A DNA stretch of 63,845 nucleotides, filler included, from Lama guanicoe (GCA_013239625.1; 159 parts of 159 records of this genome joined end to end with filler, not necessarily neighbours in it), one strand, 5' to 3'. Positions 1 to 11,939 are shown, counted from the first letter of the whole stretch. Program-made: numbers and translations. Notes: generated from the letters alone by a model not told the origin.

Positions 1-301
1 CAGAGGAGTCTGTATTCTTCAGGGCTTGGAGCCTTTCCATGTGACTGTGGGGCTTGGCAGGAATGAGGTAAAAAAAAGAAGGAAGCCAATACTGTATTTG
101 AGGCATCTTCCGATTTCTGTGCCTGCCAGGTGAGTCCAGTGTGGCGGAGTGGGTCAACAGTATTCAATGCTTTGCTTTATTTCTCCAGATCCGATCTCCA
201 CTTCCCTCTGCTTACCTATGTGCTGAGGAAGGCTGTCCCACTGGGAGTATAACATTGGCTCTTTTACCTTTAAAAATTTATCATTATTTTTATTATTATT
301 T

Positions 302-401
302 NNNNNNNNNNNNNNNNNNNNNNNNNNNNNNNNNNNNNNNNNNNNTTAATTAATTAANNNNNNNNNNNNNNNNNNNNNNNNNNNNNNNNNNNNNNNNNNN
401 N
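302..401. other. Synthetic assembly linker N44-TTAATTAATTAA-N44 (first of about 158 copies, recurring every 401-403 bp)
   Basis: Identical 100-bp block between all contigs. The 12-mer at 346-357 is palindromic and gives TAA in all six frames. Confidence 0.99.
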
Positions 402-529
402 TTTCCCCTTTAAACTGAAAATTCCTAAAAGGTAGGAATGACATACTTTTCAAATTAGTAGTTACAGTCTGAGTCACAGTTTCTGAGGTAGCATCGGTAA
501 TCAGTAAATATTTATTAAGATGGATGGGT

Positions 530-702
530 GAGTTCTCTGAATTCCAAATTTCTATATCCAAACTGCCTATTTGACATTTCTGCCTGGATGTCTTATAGGT
601 ATTTTAAGGCTAATAAGTCCTAAACTTATTTCCCAATTATCCTTCCTTCTCCCAAACCTGTTTTTTCCCCATAGACTTTAATCTCTATAAACCGGCAATT
701 CC
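530..702 (+). mobile_element. LINE-2 fragment
   Basis: ctgaattccaaatttctatatccaaactgcctatttgacatttctgcctggatgtc resembles the L2 consensus ccaactgcctacttgacatctccacttggatgtc. Confidence 0.7.
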
Positions 703-802
703 NNNNNNNNNNNNNNNNNNNNNNNNNNNNNNNNNNNNNNNNNNNNTTAATTAATTAANNNNNNNNNNNNNNNNNNNNNNNNNNNNNNNNNNNNNNNNNN
801 NN

Positions 803-1103
803 CAATATTACTGATGAATACAGATGCAAAAATTCTCAACAAAATATTAGCAAACTAAATTAAAGAATACATTAAAAGAATCTTACAGCATGATCAAGTA
901 GGATTTATCCCAGGAATGGAAAGATGATTCAATGTCCACAAATCAATCTCTGTGACACATCACATTAATCAAGAATGAAAAAATCATGTGAATGTATTAA
1001 CAGATGAAGAAAAATCTTTTGACAAAATTCAACATTTCATTTATGATAAAAAAATCTCAACAAAGTGGGTATAGAGGAAACATAGCTCAGCAAAATAAAG
1101 GCC
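803..1103 (+). mobile_element. LINE-1 ORF2 reverse transcriptase fragment, decayed
   Basis: Encodes LMNTDAKILNKILAN..HDQVGFIPGM with in-frame stops, a classic L1 RT motif. Confidence 0.93.
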
Positions 1104-1203
1104 NNNNNNNNNNNNNNNNNNNNNNNNNNNNNNNNNNNNNNNNNNNNTTAATTAATTAANNNNNNNNNNNNNNNNNNNNNNNNNNNNNNNNNNNNNNNNN
1201 NNN

Positions 1204-1504
1204 AAAAGGGAGAGGACCCAAATAAACTAAGAAATGAAAGAGGAGAAACAACAACTGATACCACAGAAATAGGAAAAAAAACTGTAAGAAAATACTACAA
1301 TAGTTACATGCCAACAAATTAAACAACCTAGAAGAAGTGGGTAAGTTTTTAGAAACAGCCTGCCAAAACTGAGTCAAAGAGAAACAGATTAATTTGAATA
1401 GACCAATCAGTAGAAGTGAAATACAATCTGTAATAAAAACAAAACTCCCTGAAAGCAAAATCCAGGGCTGAACAGCTTCACTGGGAAATTCTACCAAATA
1501 AACA
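1204..1504 (+). mobile_element. LINE-1 ORF2 fragment (EN-RT linker)
   Basis: agaaatgaaagaggagaaacaacaactgataccacagaaata (RNERGETTTDTTEI) and cttcactgggaaattctaccaaa are L1 ORF2 hallmarks. Confidence 0.9.
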
Positions 1505-2005
1505 NNNNNNNNNNNNNNNNNNNNNNNNNNNNNNNNNNNNNNNNNNNNTTAATTAATTAANNNNNNNNNNNNNNNNNNNNNNNNNNNNNNNNNNNNNNNN
1601 NNNNAAGCATGCCCACAGAAATACCAGTAATTGAAAAAATTCTAATGTCTCTATATCAGCTCAGACTTCTTTTCATTGACTATGACTAAGAAAACATGCA
1701 AGGTTAAGAAATCGTATTTATTGCTTGTTTGGTACAACCAGAGGTGTTATCTCAAACCTTTAAAATAAATAGCCTCATCAATAAAAGCTATGAATGGCAG
1801 GATATTAAAATTCCTTCTTTGCTTTCACATAGAACAGCCCGAAATATTAACAGGTTGGAGATGCAATACAGTTCGAAAAAATCCACGCCGACTGTGAAAA
1901 CCACCNNNNNNNNNNNNNNNNNNNNNNNNNNNNNNNNNNNNNNNNNNNNTTAATTAATTAANNNNNNNNNNNNNNNNNNNNNNNNNNNNNNNNNNNNNNN
2001 NNNNN

Positions 2006-2040
2006 GTGTGTGTGTGTGTGTGTGTATATGTATATATTTG
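2006..2040. repeat. (GT)n/(TA)n microsatellite at contig edge
   Basis: gtgtgtgtgtgtgtgtgtgtatatgtatatat. Confidence 0.9.
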
Positions 2041-2051
2041 TCTGTCTGAGT

Positions 2052-2306
2052 GTAAAGGGTTCTTGGACCCAATTCCAAAATACGTGTGTGCAGAGGCTTC
2101 TCTGGTGAGCAATTCTCAGATACTAGCAGAGGGTCAAAGAAACTCAACTCAGTTCTGACACTCTCTACCCCGAGATCGAATCAGATTCCACAGGTAAAGG
2201 GCTCAGTCTCACCAGCCTGCCCCCCCCCCCATTTTAGATGCCAGATGCAAGCCAGGGAGTTACCTGTGCTTCTGACCCACTGGCTATAAATGGGAAATTC
2301 TCAAGA
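2052..2306. mobile_element. MER21-like LTR fragment
   Basis: tcagattccacaggtaaagggctcagtctcacc...agatgccag...ttacctgtgcttctgacccactggctataaat matches the recalled MER21 consensus. Confidence 0.7.
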
Positions 2307-2807
2307 NNNNNNNNNNNNNNNNNNNNNNNNNNNNNNNNNNNNNNNNNNNNTTAATTAATTAANNNNNNNNNNNNNNNNNNNNNNNNNNNNNNNNNNNNNN
2401 NNNNNNATCTCATGTCTTCTTTGGGTTCTCAAAGTGAGCTTTCACTGGCTGACCTTTGTGTCCCCTTTGTCCTTGCTGTATGATATTCCTCCAGGTCTGC
2501 TTTTCAGGGATCTCTTCCAGGGTAAGTTAACTCATCTCTCCACTTAACTCTGGGTCTCACAATGTCTGATCATATATTAAATTTATAAGATCTCATCTTC
2601 ATAATTGATATTTCTCCCCTTGAAAAAAAAGTAGTAAAATCATTTAAGTTTCTCACTAAGTTGCTGATGTGTTTTTCTCTCTATACTCTGACAAATCAGC
2701 TTTTTGTNNNNNNNNNNNNNNNNNNNNNNNNNNNNNNNNNNNNNNNNNNNNTTAATTAATTAANNNNNNNNNNNNNNNNNNNNNNNNNNNNNNNNNNNNN
2801 NNNNNNN

Positions 2808-2957
2808 GGTTCTTCCGGCAACTGAGACAGATGCCCTTTTTGAAGCGATTGGAGTCCGTGCACTGGAATGCGAAGCTCGGCTTGTCCTGGTTCACCAGGG
2901 AGTCGACAAAGAGGTGCACGGCCTGCTCGTGCTCACACTTCACCCCCTCTGCGATTG
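2808..2957 (-). CDS. LIPG: Endothelial lipase internal exon (3'-truncated by contig end) carrying the catalytic His
   Basis: Acceptor ctccctcccccag (2958-2970, minus). Translation IAEGVKCEHEQAVHLFVDSLVNQDKPSFAFQCTDSNRFKKGICLSCRKN is nearly identical to mammalian LIPG. Confidence 0.95.
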
Positions 2958-3208
2958 CTGGGGGAGGGAGAGACGGAGACCGTCAGCACGAGCTGCTCCT
3001 GTGGGATTGGCCCCCTCGGTCAGTAAGTACTGAACACCTCGTCAGTGAGAACTGCATTGCATGTCACTGTTCGTACACTTGTTTATGCAATTCTTAACCC
3101 TTGCCCAGNNNNNNNNNNNNNNNNNNNNNNNNNNNNNNNNNNNNNNNNNNNNTTAATTAATTAANNNNNNNNNNNNNNNNNNNNNNNNNNNNNNNNNNNN
3201 NNNNNNNN

Positions 3209-3509
3209 GGCCTGCAGAGTTTCTGCTGAGAAGTCAGCTGATAGCCTTGCGGGAGTCCCTTGCATGTTACTGGTTGCTTTCCCCTTGCTGCTTTTAGTAT
3301 TCTGTCTTTATTTCTAATTTTTGCGGTTTCGATTACGTGTCTTGGTGTGTTCTCCTTTGGGTTAATCCTGTGAGGACTCTTTGCGCTTCCTGGACTTGGG
3401 TACCTGTTTCCTTTCCCAGGTTTAGGGAAGTTTTCAGCTATTATCTCTTTGAATGTTTTTTCAGGCCCTTTCCTGTCTGTCGTCTACTTCTGGGACCCCT
3501 ATAATGCAA
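3209..3509 (-). mobile_element. LINE-1 ORF1 C-terminal fragment
   Basis: Minus strand gives ILKAARGKQPVTCKG..RLSADFSAETLQA, typical of L1 ORF1. Confidence 0.88.
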
Positions 3510-4411
3510 NNNNNNNNNNNNNNNNNNNNNNNNNNNNNNNNNNNNNNNNNNNNTTAATTAATTAANNNNNNNNNNNNNNNNNNNNNNNNNNNNNNNNNNN
3601 NNNNNNNNNCAGGATCCAACTGGGATAATACAGAGTATTTTAAAAAGAGAGAGTTGAGGAGCGCCGTCTCAGGGAATTGGTGCGTGACAACAGTGTGTGG
3701 GAAGGTGGACGGTGGTTGTGAATAACCAGCTGGGGGACGGGTCCGGTTACACAGGGTAGCACAGTCCCCAACTCCAGCATCTTCATCTTCCCTCAGACTG
3801 CCCTCTGCCCGGGATGCCCACCCAACTCTATTCTGCCCACCTGTATGTTCTTTATTGTCCGGAATAAAACCTCAGTCTTCTCAAAGCTTGGGAGAGTGAG
3901 CAGGCAAAGGNNNNNNNNNNNNNNNNNNNNNNNNNNNNNNNNNNNNNNNNNNNNTTAATTAATTAANNNNNNNNNNNNNNNNNNNNNNNNNNNNNNNNNN
4001 NNNNNNNNNNACAATCCTGCTTTTGTCCAGGGCTACAAATGCACAGTACTAGGTGAGAAGACTTATTTTCCCAAATGCCTTGGTAGCTATGGATGGCCGT
4101 ATGACACAGTTACAGCCAACGAGATATAAGGAAGGATTGACAGGGGGTTCTGGACACCCTTTTGATTTGTTATTGTCATGGTGGAGAGAAAAAAAGACTT
4201 CAGTATGGCATTGTCACTTTCCCCTTTTCTTGTCCCCAGGACAGTCATTACAGCCAGAAAAGCAGCAGCTATATTTTGGTGGTTAGGCAAGAAAAAGTTC
4301 CCAATATACTANNNNNNNNNNNNNNNNNNNNNNNNNNNNNNNNNNNNNNNNNNNNTTAATTAATTAANNNNNNNNNNNNNNNNNNNNNNNNNNNNNNNNN
4401 NNNNNNNNNNN

Positions 4412-4640
4412 TCTGTCATCACATCTCCTTGTCTGACTCTGGCCTCCCGCCACCCTCTTTCCTCATGAGGACCCCTGGGACTACCTTGGGCCCACCCAGA
4501 TAATCCACCATAATCTTCCTCCTTCAAGATCCCTAACTCCACATCTGCAGAGTCCCTTTTGCCACATAAGGTGACATAGCCACAGGTTCCAGGGATGAGG
4601 ATGGGCACCTCTGAGGGTTATTTTTGGCTGGCCACACCAT
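4412..4640 (-). mobile_element. MLT1C/D (MaLR) LTR fragment
   Basis: acatctgcagagtcccttttgccacataaggtgacatagccacaggttccagggatgagg is antisense to the MLT1C/D 5' part. Confidence 0.8.
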
Positions 4641-6015
4641 GTACCCTTCTCTCTCCTTCAAGTCACCGCTTCCCCCACCCTCCCTCTCAGCCAGAGGTCT
4701 TGCTTCTTATTTNNNNNNNNNNNNNNNNNNNNNNNNNNNNNNNNNNNNNNNNNNNNTTAATTAATTAANNNNNNNNNNNNNNNNNNNNNNNNNNNNNNNN
4801 NNNNNNNNNNNNATGCCCAGGACACGGTCTCTGAACTGGCCATACATTTCCTTCTCGCCGTCAGTGGAAGTGATGAACTAACCTTTCTATTCATCTATCA
4901 AGGGAGTGGAATCAGTGCCCCAAACTAGAATGTCTGACTTTCATTAGTCGCAATAGTTTTGAGATGATGGAAAGTTCATCAATTCCTCTGGAAAACATGA
5001 AAAGCCTCTCCTTGGATGAGGCCATTGTGAACGTCACTACTTGACTGTTGCAGGCAAATGGATGTGACTTAAAAATATTACTTTATCCAATGGACCAGAA
5101 ATGCAACCCCCTANNNNNNNNNNNNNNNNNNNNNNNNNNNNNNNNNNNNNNNNNNNNTTAATTAATTAANNNNNNNNNNNNNNNNNNNNNNNNNNNNNNN
5201 NNNNNNNNNNNNNGGTGGGGCTCATCCTCGGTGGTGGCTGTCACTCGAACATAACGCCCATTACAGTCACGTCCAAAGGGGTCAACACAGATCTGGTGCC
5301 CAGCCCTGAGTCACCTCCAAAAGCACCCTTTCCATGGGTCCCAAGGCCCTGTAGACAGACAAATCCCCAAAGGTACCTCTTCCTGCAGCAGCTGCAGAGG
5401 GAAATGTCCCATTTCAGCACCAACATGGGCCCCTGGGCTAGAGGTTTTTGTGAGTTTCTGCCCCAAACCACACGGTGGGCCAGTTCGGAAGATGATTAAA
5501 CCCCTCACACAGTCNNNNNNNNNNNNNNNNNNNNNNNNNNNNNNNNNNNNNNNNNNNNTTAATTAATTAANNNNNNNNNNNNNNNNNNNNNNNNNNNNNN
5601 NNNNNNNNNNNNNNTGAAGATAGGAATCGCCCATCCCAAACCAGACACTGCCCACAGGCAGCCGAGGAGGAAGCCAAAGGTGGTGAATGATTAGCAGGAC
5701 TGGCGGCCGGCGCCACAGTCTGTGGACGCCGAGTACCTGGGAAGAGTTTCATGAGGAAAGCTCAGTTTGACCGCAGGAGCCCACGGAGGTCCTTCATGGC
5801 CGGCTGCTCCACGGCGAGACCCCCCTCAGAGCCGCCCCCCACCCACCACCCCACACTCTCGAGGGGCCCCAGGCTCAGCCACTGCTCCTTGTCTGGCATG
5901 AAATGTCAGAGTGAGNNNNNNNNNNNNNNNNNNNNNNNNNNNNNNNNNNNNNNNNNNNNTTAATTAATTAANNNNNNNNNNNNNNNNNNNNNNNNNNNNN
6001 NNNNNNNNNNNNNNN

Positions 6016-6056
6016 GTCGTTTCGGCTCTTCTTGGTGGCCGCCCTCTTCAGCACTG
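6016..6056 (-). CDS. CACNA1B: Cav2.2 alpha-1B I-II linker exon, 5' part (truncated by contig end)
   Basis: Acceptor ctctttgtttaaag|CAG|TG. Translation (A)VLKRAATKKSRND matches CACNA1B SPLD(A)VLKRAATKKSRNDLIH. Confidence 0.85.
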
Positions 6057-6817
6057 CTTTAAACAAAGAGGTGTGGGCATGAGCTCGAGTCCCCAGCTGG
6101 CCTGCCTCAGGGCCGGTACATGACACCATCCCCCACCCAGGGGACAGCCTTTCCTGGTCGCCCATCTCCTACCCCGGAGCCGATGCTGGAGTGGGCAGGG
6201 GGGCTCCCACGGGTCCCTCTTGGTCCTCAGAGCAAAAGGGACAAGGGAGGGACTTCGAGGGTGGGGGCATCAGTGGGGAAGGCCTGGCTGCCACCGAGAC
6301 CAGGACATGTCCACACNNNNNNNNNNNNNNNNNNNNNNNNNNNNNNNNNNNNNNNNNNNNTTAATTAATTAANNNNNNNNNNNNNNNNNNNNNNNNNNNN
6401 NNNNNNNNNNNNNNNNGTCAGGTCAGTTGACCGTTTTAAGGGCAAGCATAAGAATAAGCAATCTGCTAGCCTAAGTGTGGCCATTTTATTAATCCTCCTT
6501 CATTTCTAGTTGTCCCTCTTCCCACCATCATAATCTCTATGGAGAAGACTGTCCACTCAAACAGTATACTTCCCCCAGAGTTCCTGATGCTCAGATGTGG
6601 TCCTAGTGTTGAACCTTTAATTTGGTTTACTTAGATAAGCCATAAATATCCCAAAAACTATGCAAACTCTTCCAGGGAGTAGAAAAATATCAAATGAATT
6701 CCTAGCATTTTTAAGATNNNNNNNNNNNNNNNNNNNNNNNNNNNNNNNNNNNNNNNNNNNNTTAATTAATTAANNNNNNNNNNNNNNNNNNNNNNNNNNN
6801 NNNNNNNNNNNNNNNNN

Positions 6818-7118
6818 TTGATGAACATAGATGCAAAAATCTTCAACAAAATATTAGCAAACAGAACCCAACAACACATAGAAAAGATCATACACCATGA
6901 TCCAGCTGGATCCACCTCAGGGACACAAGGCTGGTTCAGCATAGGCAAATCGACCAACATGACAGACCACACTAACAAGAGAAAGGACGAAAACCACATA
7001 ATCATCACAACAGATGCAGAAAAAGCATTTGATAAAATTCAGCACCTATGTATGATAAAAACTATTACCAAAGTGCGTATAGAGGGAACATAACATAATA
7101 AAAGGCTATTAAAAAAAA
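6818..7118 (+). mobile_element. LINE-1 ORF2 RT fragment
   Basis: [27 protein letters not shown]...[11 protein letters not shown]. Confidence 0.95.
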
Positions 7119-7269
7119 NNNNNNNNNNNNNNNNNNNNNNNNNNNNNNNNNNNNNNNNNNNNTTAATTAATTAANNNNNNNNNNNNNNNNNNNNNNNNNN
7201 NNNNNNNNNNNNNNNNNNAATCTCTGACACCAAGACATCCAGTATTTTGTTATGGCAGCCCAAGATGTT

Positions 7270-7450
7270 ATGGCAGCCTAACATAACGTGGCTCATTTGT
7301 TAGAATTAATGAACCAATATTGATACATTATTATTAATTACGGTCCATAGTTTAGTTCACTATTTGTGTTGTACATTCCACGCACTTTGACAATTGTATA
7401 ATGACATGTACCCACATTATGCTATCGTACAGAATAGTTTCACTACCCTT
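7270..7450 (-). mobile_element. Old L1M 3' end fragment (preceded by a short MLT 3' end)
   Basis: tttgttagaattaatgaaccaatattgatacattattatt...cagaatagtttcactaccct is an antisense L1M 3' UTR. Confidence 0.65.
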
Positions 7451-7619
7451 AATTGATATGTATTTTAATGACTTCTTCAGATTGCTCACCAACTGCCACC
7501 TTAGTATTTTTCCTCCCAGNNNNNNNNNNNNNNNNNNNNNNNNNNNNNNNNNNNNNNNNNNNNTTAATTAATTAANNNNNNNNNNNNNNNNNNNNNNNNN
7601 NNNNNNNNNNNNNNNNNNN

Positions 7620-7921
7620 CGGGGCGCGGGGCGCCGGCGGGGGCGGCTTCCTGCTCGTGCGCGTGAGGGGGCCCGGCCACCGCCCCTGGGCCACCGCCCT
7701 GCACGCGGAGCGGCCTCGGGGCCGCGCGGCCGGTTCCCGGACTGCGACAGCGGGAGCGCGAGCTTCGTGGACGCCGCCAGGCGCTCCCTCGCTTGGAGGT
7801 GCGGGGACGGCCGGGCCCCTCTCCCCGTCAGGCCCTCCGTCCGCCCCGGCCGCGCGTGAGGGGGCCCGGCCGGGCGCCCGGGACTCCGGCCCCGAGGGCC
7901 CTTCCGCGGGGCCGCAGACCA
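7620..7921. promoter_or_regulatory. CpG-island-like fragment
   Basis: Extremely GC- and CpG-rich, with GC boxes (gggggcgg, ccgccc). An rDNA spacer origin is not excluded. Confidence 0.7.
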
Positions 7922-8021
7922 NNNNNNNNNNNNNNNNNNNNNNNNNNNNNNNNNNNNNNNNNNNNTTAATTAATTAANNNNNNNNNNNNNNNNNNNNNNN
8001 NNNNNNNNNNNNNNNNNNNNN

Positions 8022-8323
8022 AAAAAAAAAAAAAAGGCCAAAAAAAACCCTATGAAAATGAAAAATAATCTGAAACAATGAGCAAAATGGCAGTAAGTAC
8101 ATACATATGGATAATTACCTTAAGTGTAAATGGAATAAATGCTCCAACCAAAAGACACAGACTGGCCGAATGGGTACAAAAACAAGGCCCGTATATTTGA
8201 TGCCTACAAGACACTCATCTCAGATCGAGAGATACACACAGACAGAAAGTGAAGGTACTACACACCAATGGAAGTCAAAAGAAAGCCAGAGTAGCAATAC
8301 TTATATCAGACAAAACAGACTTT
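8022..8323 (+). mobile_element. LINE-1 ORF2 start (endonuclease), decayed
   Basis: ATG at 8087: MAVSTYIWIITLSVNGINAPTKRHRLAEWVQKQ..CLQDTH. Confidence 0.92.
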
Positions 8324-8423
8324 NNNNNNNNNNNNNNNNNNNNNNNNNNNNNNNNNNNNNNNNNNNNTTAATTAATTAANNNNNNNNNNNNNNNNNNNNN
8401 NNNNNNNNNNNNNNNNNNNNNNN

Positions 8424-8724
8424 AATTTGATTACTATGTGCCTTGGTGTGTTCTTCTTTGGGTTGATCCTGTGTGGAACTGTCTGTGCTTCCAGGATTTG
8501 AGTGACTGCTTCCTTTCCCAAGCTGGGGATGCTTTTGGTTATTATCTCTCCAAAAATTTTCTCAGGTTCTTTTTCTCTCTCTTCTCTTTCTGGGACCCCT
8601 ACAATGTGAATATTAGCGCTTCATGTTGTCCCAGAGATCTCTTAAACTATCCTCCCTTCTTGTCATTATTTGTTCTGCAGTATTAATGTCCACTAATCTG
8701 CCTTCCAGCTCACTGATCCATTCT
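8424..8724 (-). mobile_element. LINE-1 ORF1 fragment
   Basis: Homologous to the 3209-3509 contig (tgtgccttggtgtgttcttctttgggttgatcctgtgtggaact; tctgggacccct). Confidence 0.85.
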
Positions 8725-8824
8725 NNNNNNNNNNNNNNNNNNNNNNNNNNNNNNNNNNNNNNNNNNNNTTAATTAATTAANNNNNNNNNNNNNNNNNNNN
8801 NNNNNNNNNNNNNNNNNNNNNNNN

Positions 8825-9126
8825 TCAAGTTTATTCCTGAGTATTTTAATTTTTTATGCAATTTTAAAATGGATTTTTTAACTCTTTCTGATATTTCCTT
8901 GTTATTGTAAAGAAATGAAGCAGATATTTGTGTGTTAATCGTGTATCCTGCTATTCTGCTGAATTCGTTTATTAGTTCTAATAGTTTTCATGTGGAGTAT
9001 TTAGGGTTTTCTATATAGAGTATCAATATCATTTTCTATATAGAATATCACCTGACTATAGTGACAGTTTTATCACTTCCCTTCCAATGTGGATATCTTT
9101 TCTTTTTCTTGTTTGATTGCTGTGGC
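8825..9126 (-). mobile_element. LINE-1 ORF2 fragment
   Basis: tgtgtgttaatcgtgtatcctgctattctgctgaattcgtttattagttctaatagttttcatgtggag is antisense L1 RT. Confidence 0.88.
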
Positions 9127-10252
9127 NNNNNNNNNNNNNNNNNNNNNNNNNNNNNNNNNNNNNNNNNNNNTTAATTAATTAANNNNNNNNNNNNNNNNNN
9201 NNNNNNNNNNNNNNNNNNNNNNNNNNCGAGAAGCCCAAGCTGGTCAGCTGCTTCTCACAGGCTACTGCTTCCCACGGGAGACATGCTTCTCCTTTGAGAA
9301 CCAAGACCCCCCTCACCTGGAGGAGCCGTGGTTCAACCTGGAAGAGAAACGGGAAGCACTAACTAATCCAAGGGGGGGGGGTCACTGGGAGCGACAACAG
9401 GACACACAGGGTCAGGAAGGAGGTCCTTCTACCTAACAGGACCTGGCGCCATGTGCGGCCGTGGACTCGGTGCCTAGACAGGACTGTCCCAGAGGGCGGT
9501 GCCTCCTCCCTACAGAGCGTGTCCCCAGNNNNNNNNNNNNNNNNNNNNNNNNNNNNNNNNNNNNNNNNNNNNTTAATTAATTAANNNNNNNNNNNNNNNN
9601 NNNNNNNNNNNNNNNNNNNNNNNNNNNNTATAGAGAAGTAATCAGAGAGAAGCTGGAAGAAGTTGGTTAGGGCCAGAACACTCTATAATACTGTTTGCCA
9701 TAGATTTCAAAATACTGCCATGTGACCCTGTGACGTGTTTAGAAAAGTGAGACGTTAACTTTACACCCTAAGAGTGGTTAATAAGCAATCACGAACTTAA
9801 CACTCAACAGGCAGCTTTAGCAAGTGCTTCAGATGTCATTGTATAAATCTGCACAGAGAGCCTGCTAGCCTATGAGGTATCAGAAATAATTTTTCATTGG
9901 TGGAATAAGTGGTCTTTAGGACACGTGGTTNNNNNNNNNNNNNNNNNNNNNNNNNNNNNNNNNNNNNNNNNNNNTTAATTAATTAANNNNNNNNNNNNNN
10001 NNNNNNNNNNNNNNNNNNNNNNNNNNNNNNTCATAGGTTGTTTTTCTTCTTCGGTGTCCCTATATGTAATAGTTTTATTCTCAACATTTATAATCAATGG
10101 CAATTGAATGACTAACATATCTAAATGTGCATCTCAGCTACAAAGCTCATTTTTGACAAATTGTCTTGAGCAGCTGCAAAGCCTTTGGTTGTACAAATAT
10201 ATATTTGATTACAAAGTTAACATTGAATACTGTGATTACACATTCCTTCATA

Positions 10253-10331
10253 GGGGCAGGAGATTGCCAAGATGGTGGAGTAGAAAGATGTGGAGCTCAT
10301 CCTCTCCCACAAATACAGTAAAACTACATCT
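10253..10331 (+). mobile_element. LINE-1 5' end with YY1-like motif
   Basis: ccaagatggtggagtagaaagatgtggagctcatcctctcccacaaatac resembles a laurasiatherian L1 5' terminus (CAAGATGGCGG). Confidence 0.65.
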
Positions 10332-11235
10332 NNNNNNNNNNNNNNNNNNNNNNNNNNNNNNNNNNNNNNNNNNNNTTAATTAATTAANNNNNNNNNNNNN
10401 NNNNNNNNNNNNNNNNNNNNNNNNNNNNNNNTATTCTATATTAAGTGGACATAGGACATGTGACATAAGACAACTTAGAAAATATGACTGGACTTGAGTT
10501 TTCCGCTTTTCAAAAAGCTCAGTGTTTCGTTGCCAGCTGTAGGAAGATTCGATCTGCGCTGCCCCCTGCAGGAAGGCCCCCTCCTCTCGCTGGCGGCAGC
10601 AGGCAACCTGGGGCTGCAGCTCCTGGTGGAGGTCACTAAAGCCCCTGTCCCTCCCTTCATTCTGCCCGCAGGCCCACTTTAGAGATCTAGTTTTTGAGGT
10701 GAAACCACCAACTTTCCAGAAATTTATCAGTAGNNNNNNNNNNNNNNNNNNNNNNNNNNNNNNNNNNNNNNNNNNNNTTAATTAATTAANNNNNNNNNNN
10801 NNNNNNNNNNNNNNNNNNNNNNNNNNNNNNNNNACTCTTTCCAAGAAGGCCACAATTGTAAAACTGTTGCTTTTGCACTGCCGGCAGTCAGTATGCCTTA
10901 ATGAACGTGGCTCTCTAAAACTCTGCTTCACCTGCACTCTGAAGTCCCCACACTGCTGCATAATTTACCTAAGAAATCAGAGGATCTGTCAGACCAATGA
11001 GTGTGAGAGGAAAGGGCAAACTCCTAGCCCGACTCCTCGTTCATTCCACAAACAAGTGTAGTGCTGAAAGGGCCCTCTGCAACTCTTCTGTAAGGGAAAC
11101 TGAGGCCCAGACCCCCATTCCCGCCCTCACGTGCCNNNNNNNNNNNNNNNNNNNNNNNNNNNNNNNNNNNNNNNNNNNNTTAATTAATTAANNNNNNNNN
11201 NNNNNNNNNNNNNNNNNNNNNNNNNNNNNNNNNNN

Positions 11236-11537
11236 TTCTGAGTCAATAGGGCTGAGAGCTAATGTGCACTTCACAAATACTGCTCGGAAGGGGCTCGGGG
11301 CATGAGTTGGAAAGATATTTCCCTTTCACTAAAAGATATACCATAATAATTCATTTCTCTTATATGACTCTTAAAGACAGACACTCCCAGATTAAAGATG
11401 GACCTAAAAACACATACCTATGCATTTTAAGTCAGATCAGCCCAAGTCATAAACAGTTCTTGAACACCTATTTTGAGCCCGGCACTATGCTGTGCTGTCT
11501 AGGAGAAAGGAAGAAACATGACACATAATTATGCTCT
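11236..11537 (+). repeat. Contig duplicated at 18873-19174 (bubble arm A)
   Basis: Same 302-bp extent, 6 substitutions, no indels. Confidence 0.97.
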
Positions 11538-11817
11538 NNNNNNNNNNNNNNNNNNNNNNNNNNNNNNNNNNNNNNNNNNNNTTAATTAATTAANNNNNNN
11601 NNNNNNNNNNNNNNNNNNNNNNNNNNNNNNNNNNNNNTGCTCTCTTTCTTCCTCCTTCCCTTGCCTTCCTCCATCCTGCTTTCCCAACATCTCTTCCTTC
11701 CTTCCTTCCTTCCCTGTTTCCATCTTTCTATCTGGACTCACTGAACCTGCCACCCTGCTCCTCTGCAATATTAAATACCACCCCCCTCAACACACACACA
11801 TAATGAAAAAGTGTTGT

Positions 11818-11939
11818 GTGCAAGAGTAAAGAACACAGTATTTGGGTTCAGATGGGTCTGAGTTTGGATCCAGCCCAGCTGCTTTCACTTGCTGCCACTT
11901 TCTGTCTGACTCAGTTTTCTCACCTGTAAGATGGTACAT
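11818..11939 (+). mobile_element. MIR SINE fragment
   Basis: gtctgagtttggatccagcccagctgc...ctcagttttctcacctgtaagatgg (MIR core). Confidence 0.7.

Noticed and set aside
7657..7921. 106-aa GC-rich ORF
   Set aside because: Stop codons are rare at this GC content, and there is no recognisable domain and no ATG start.
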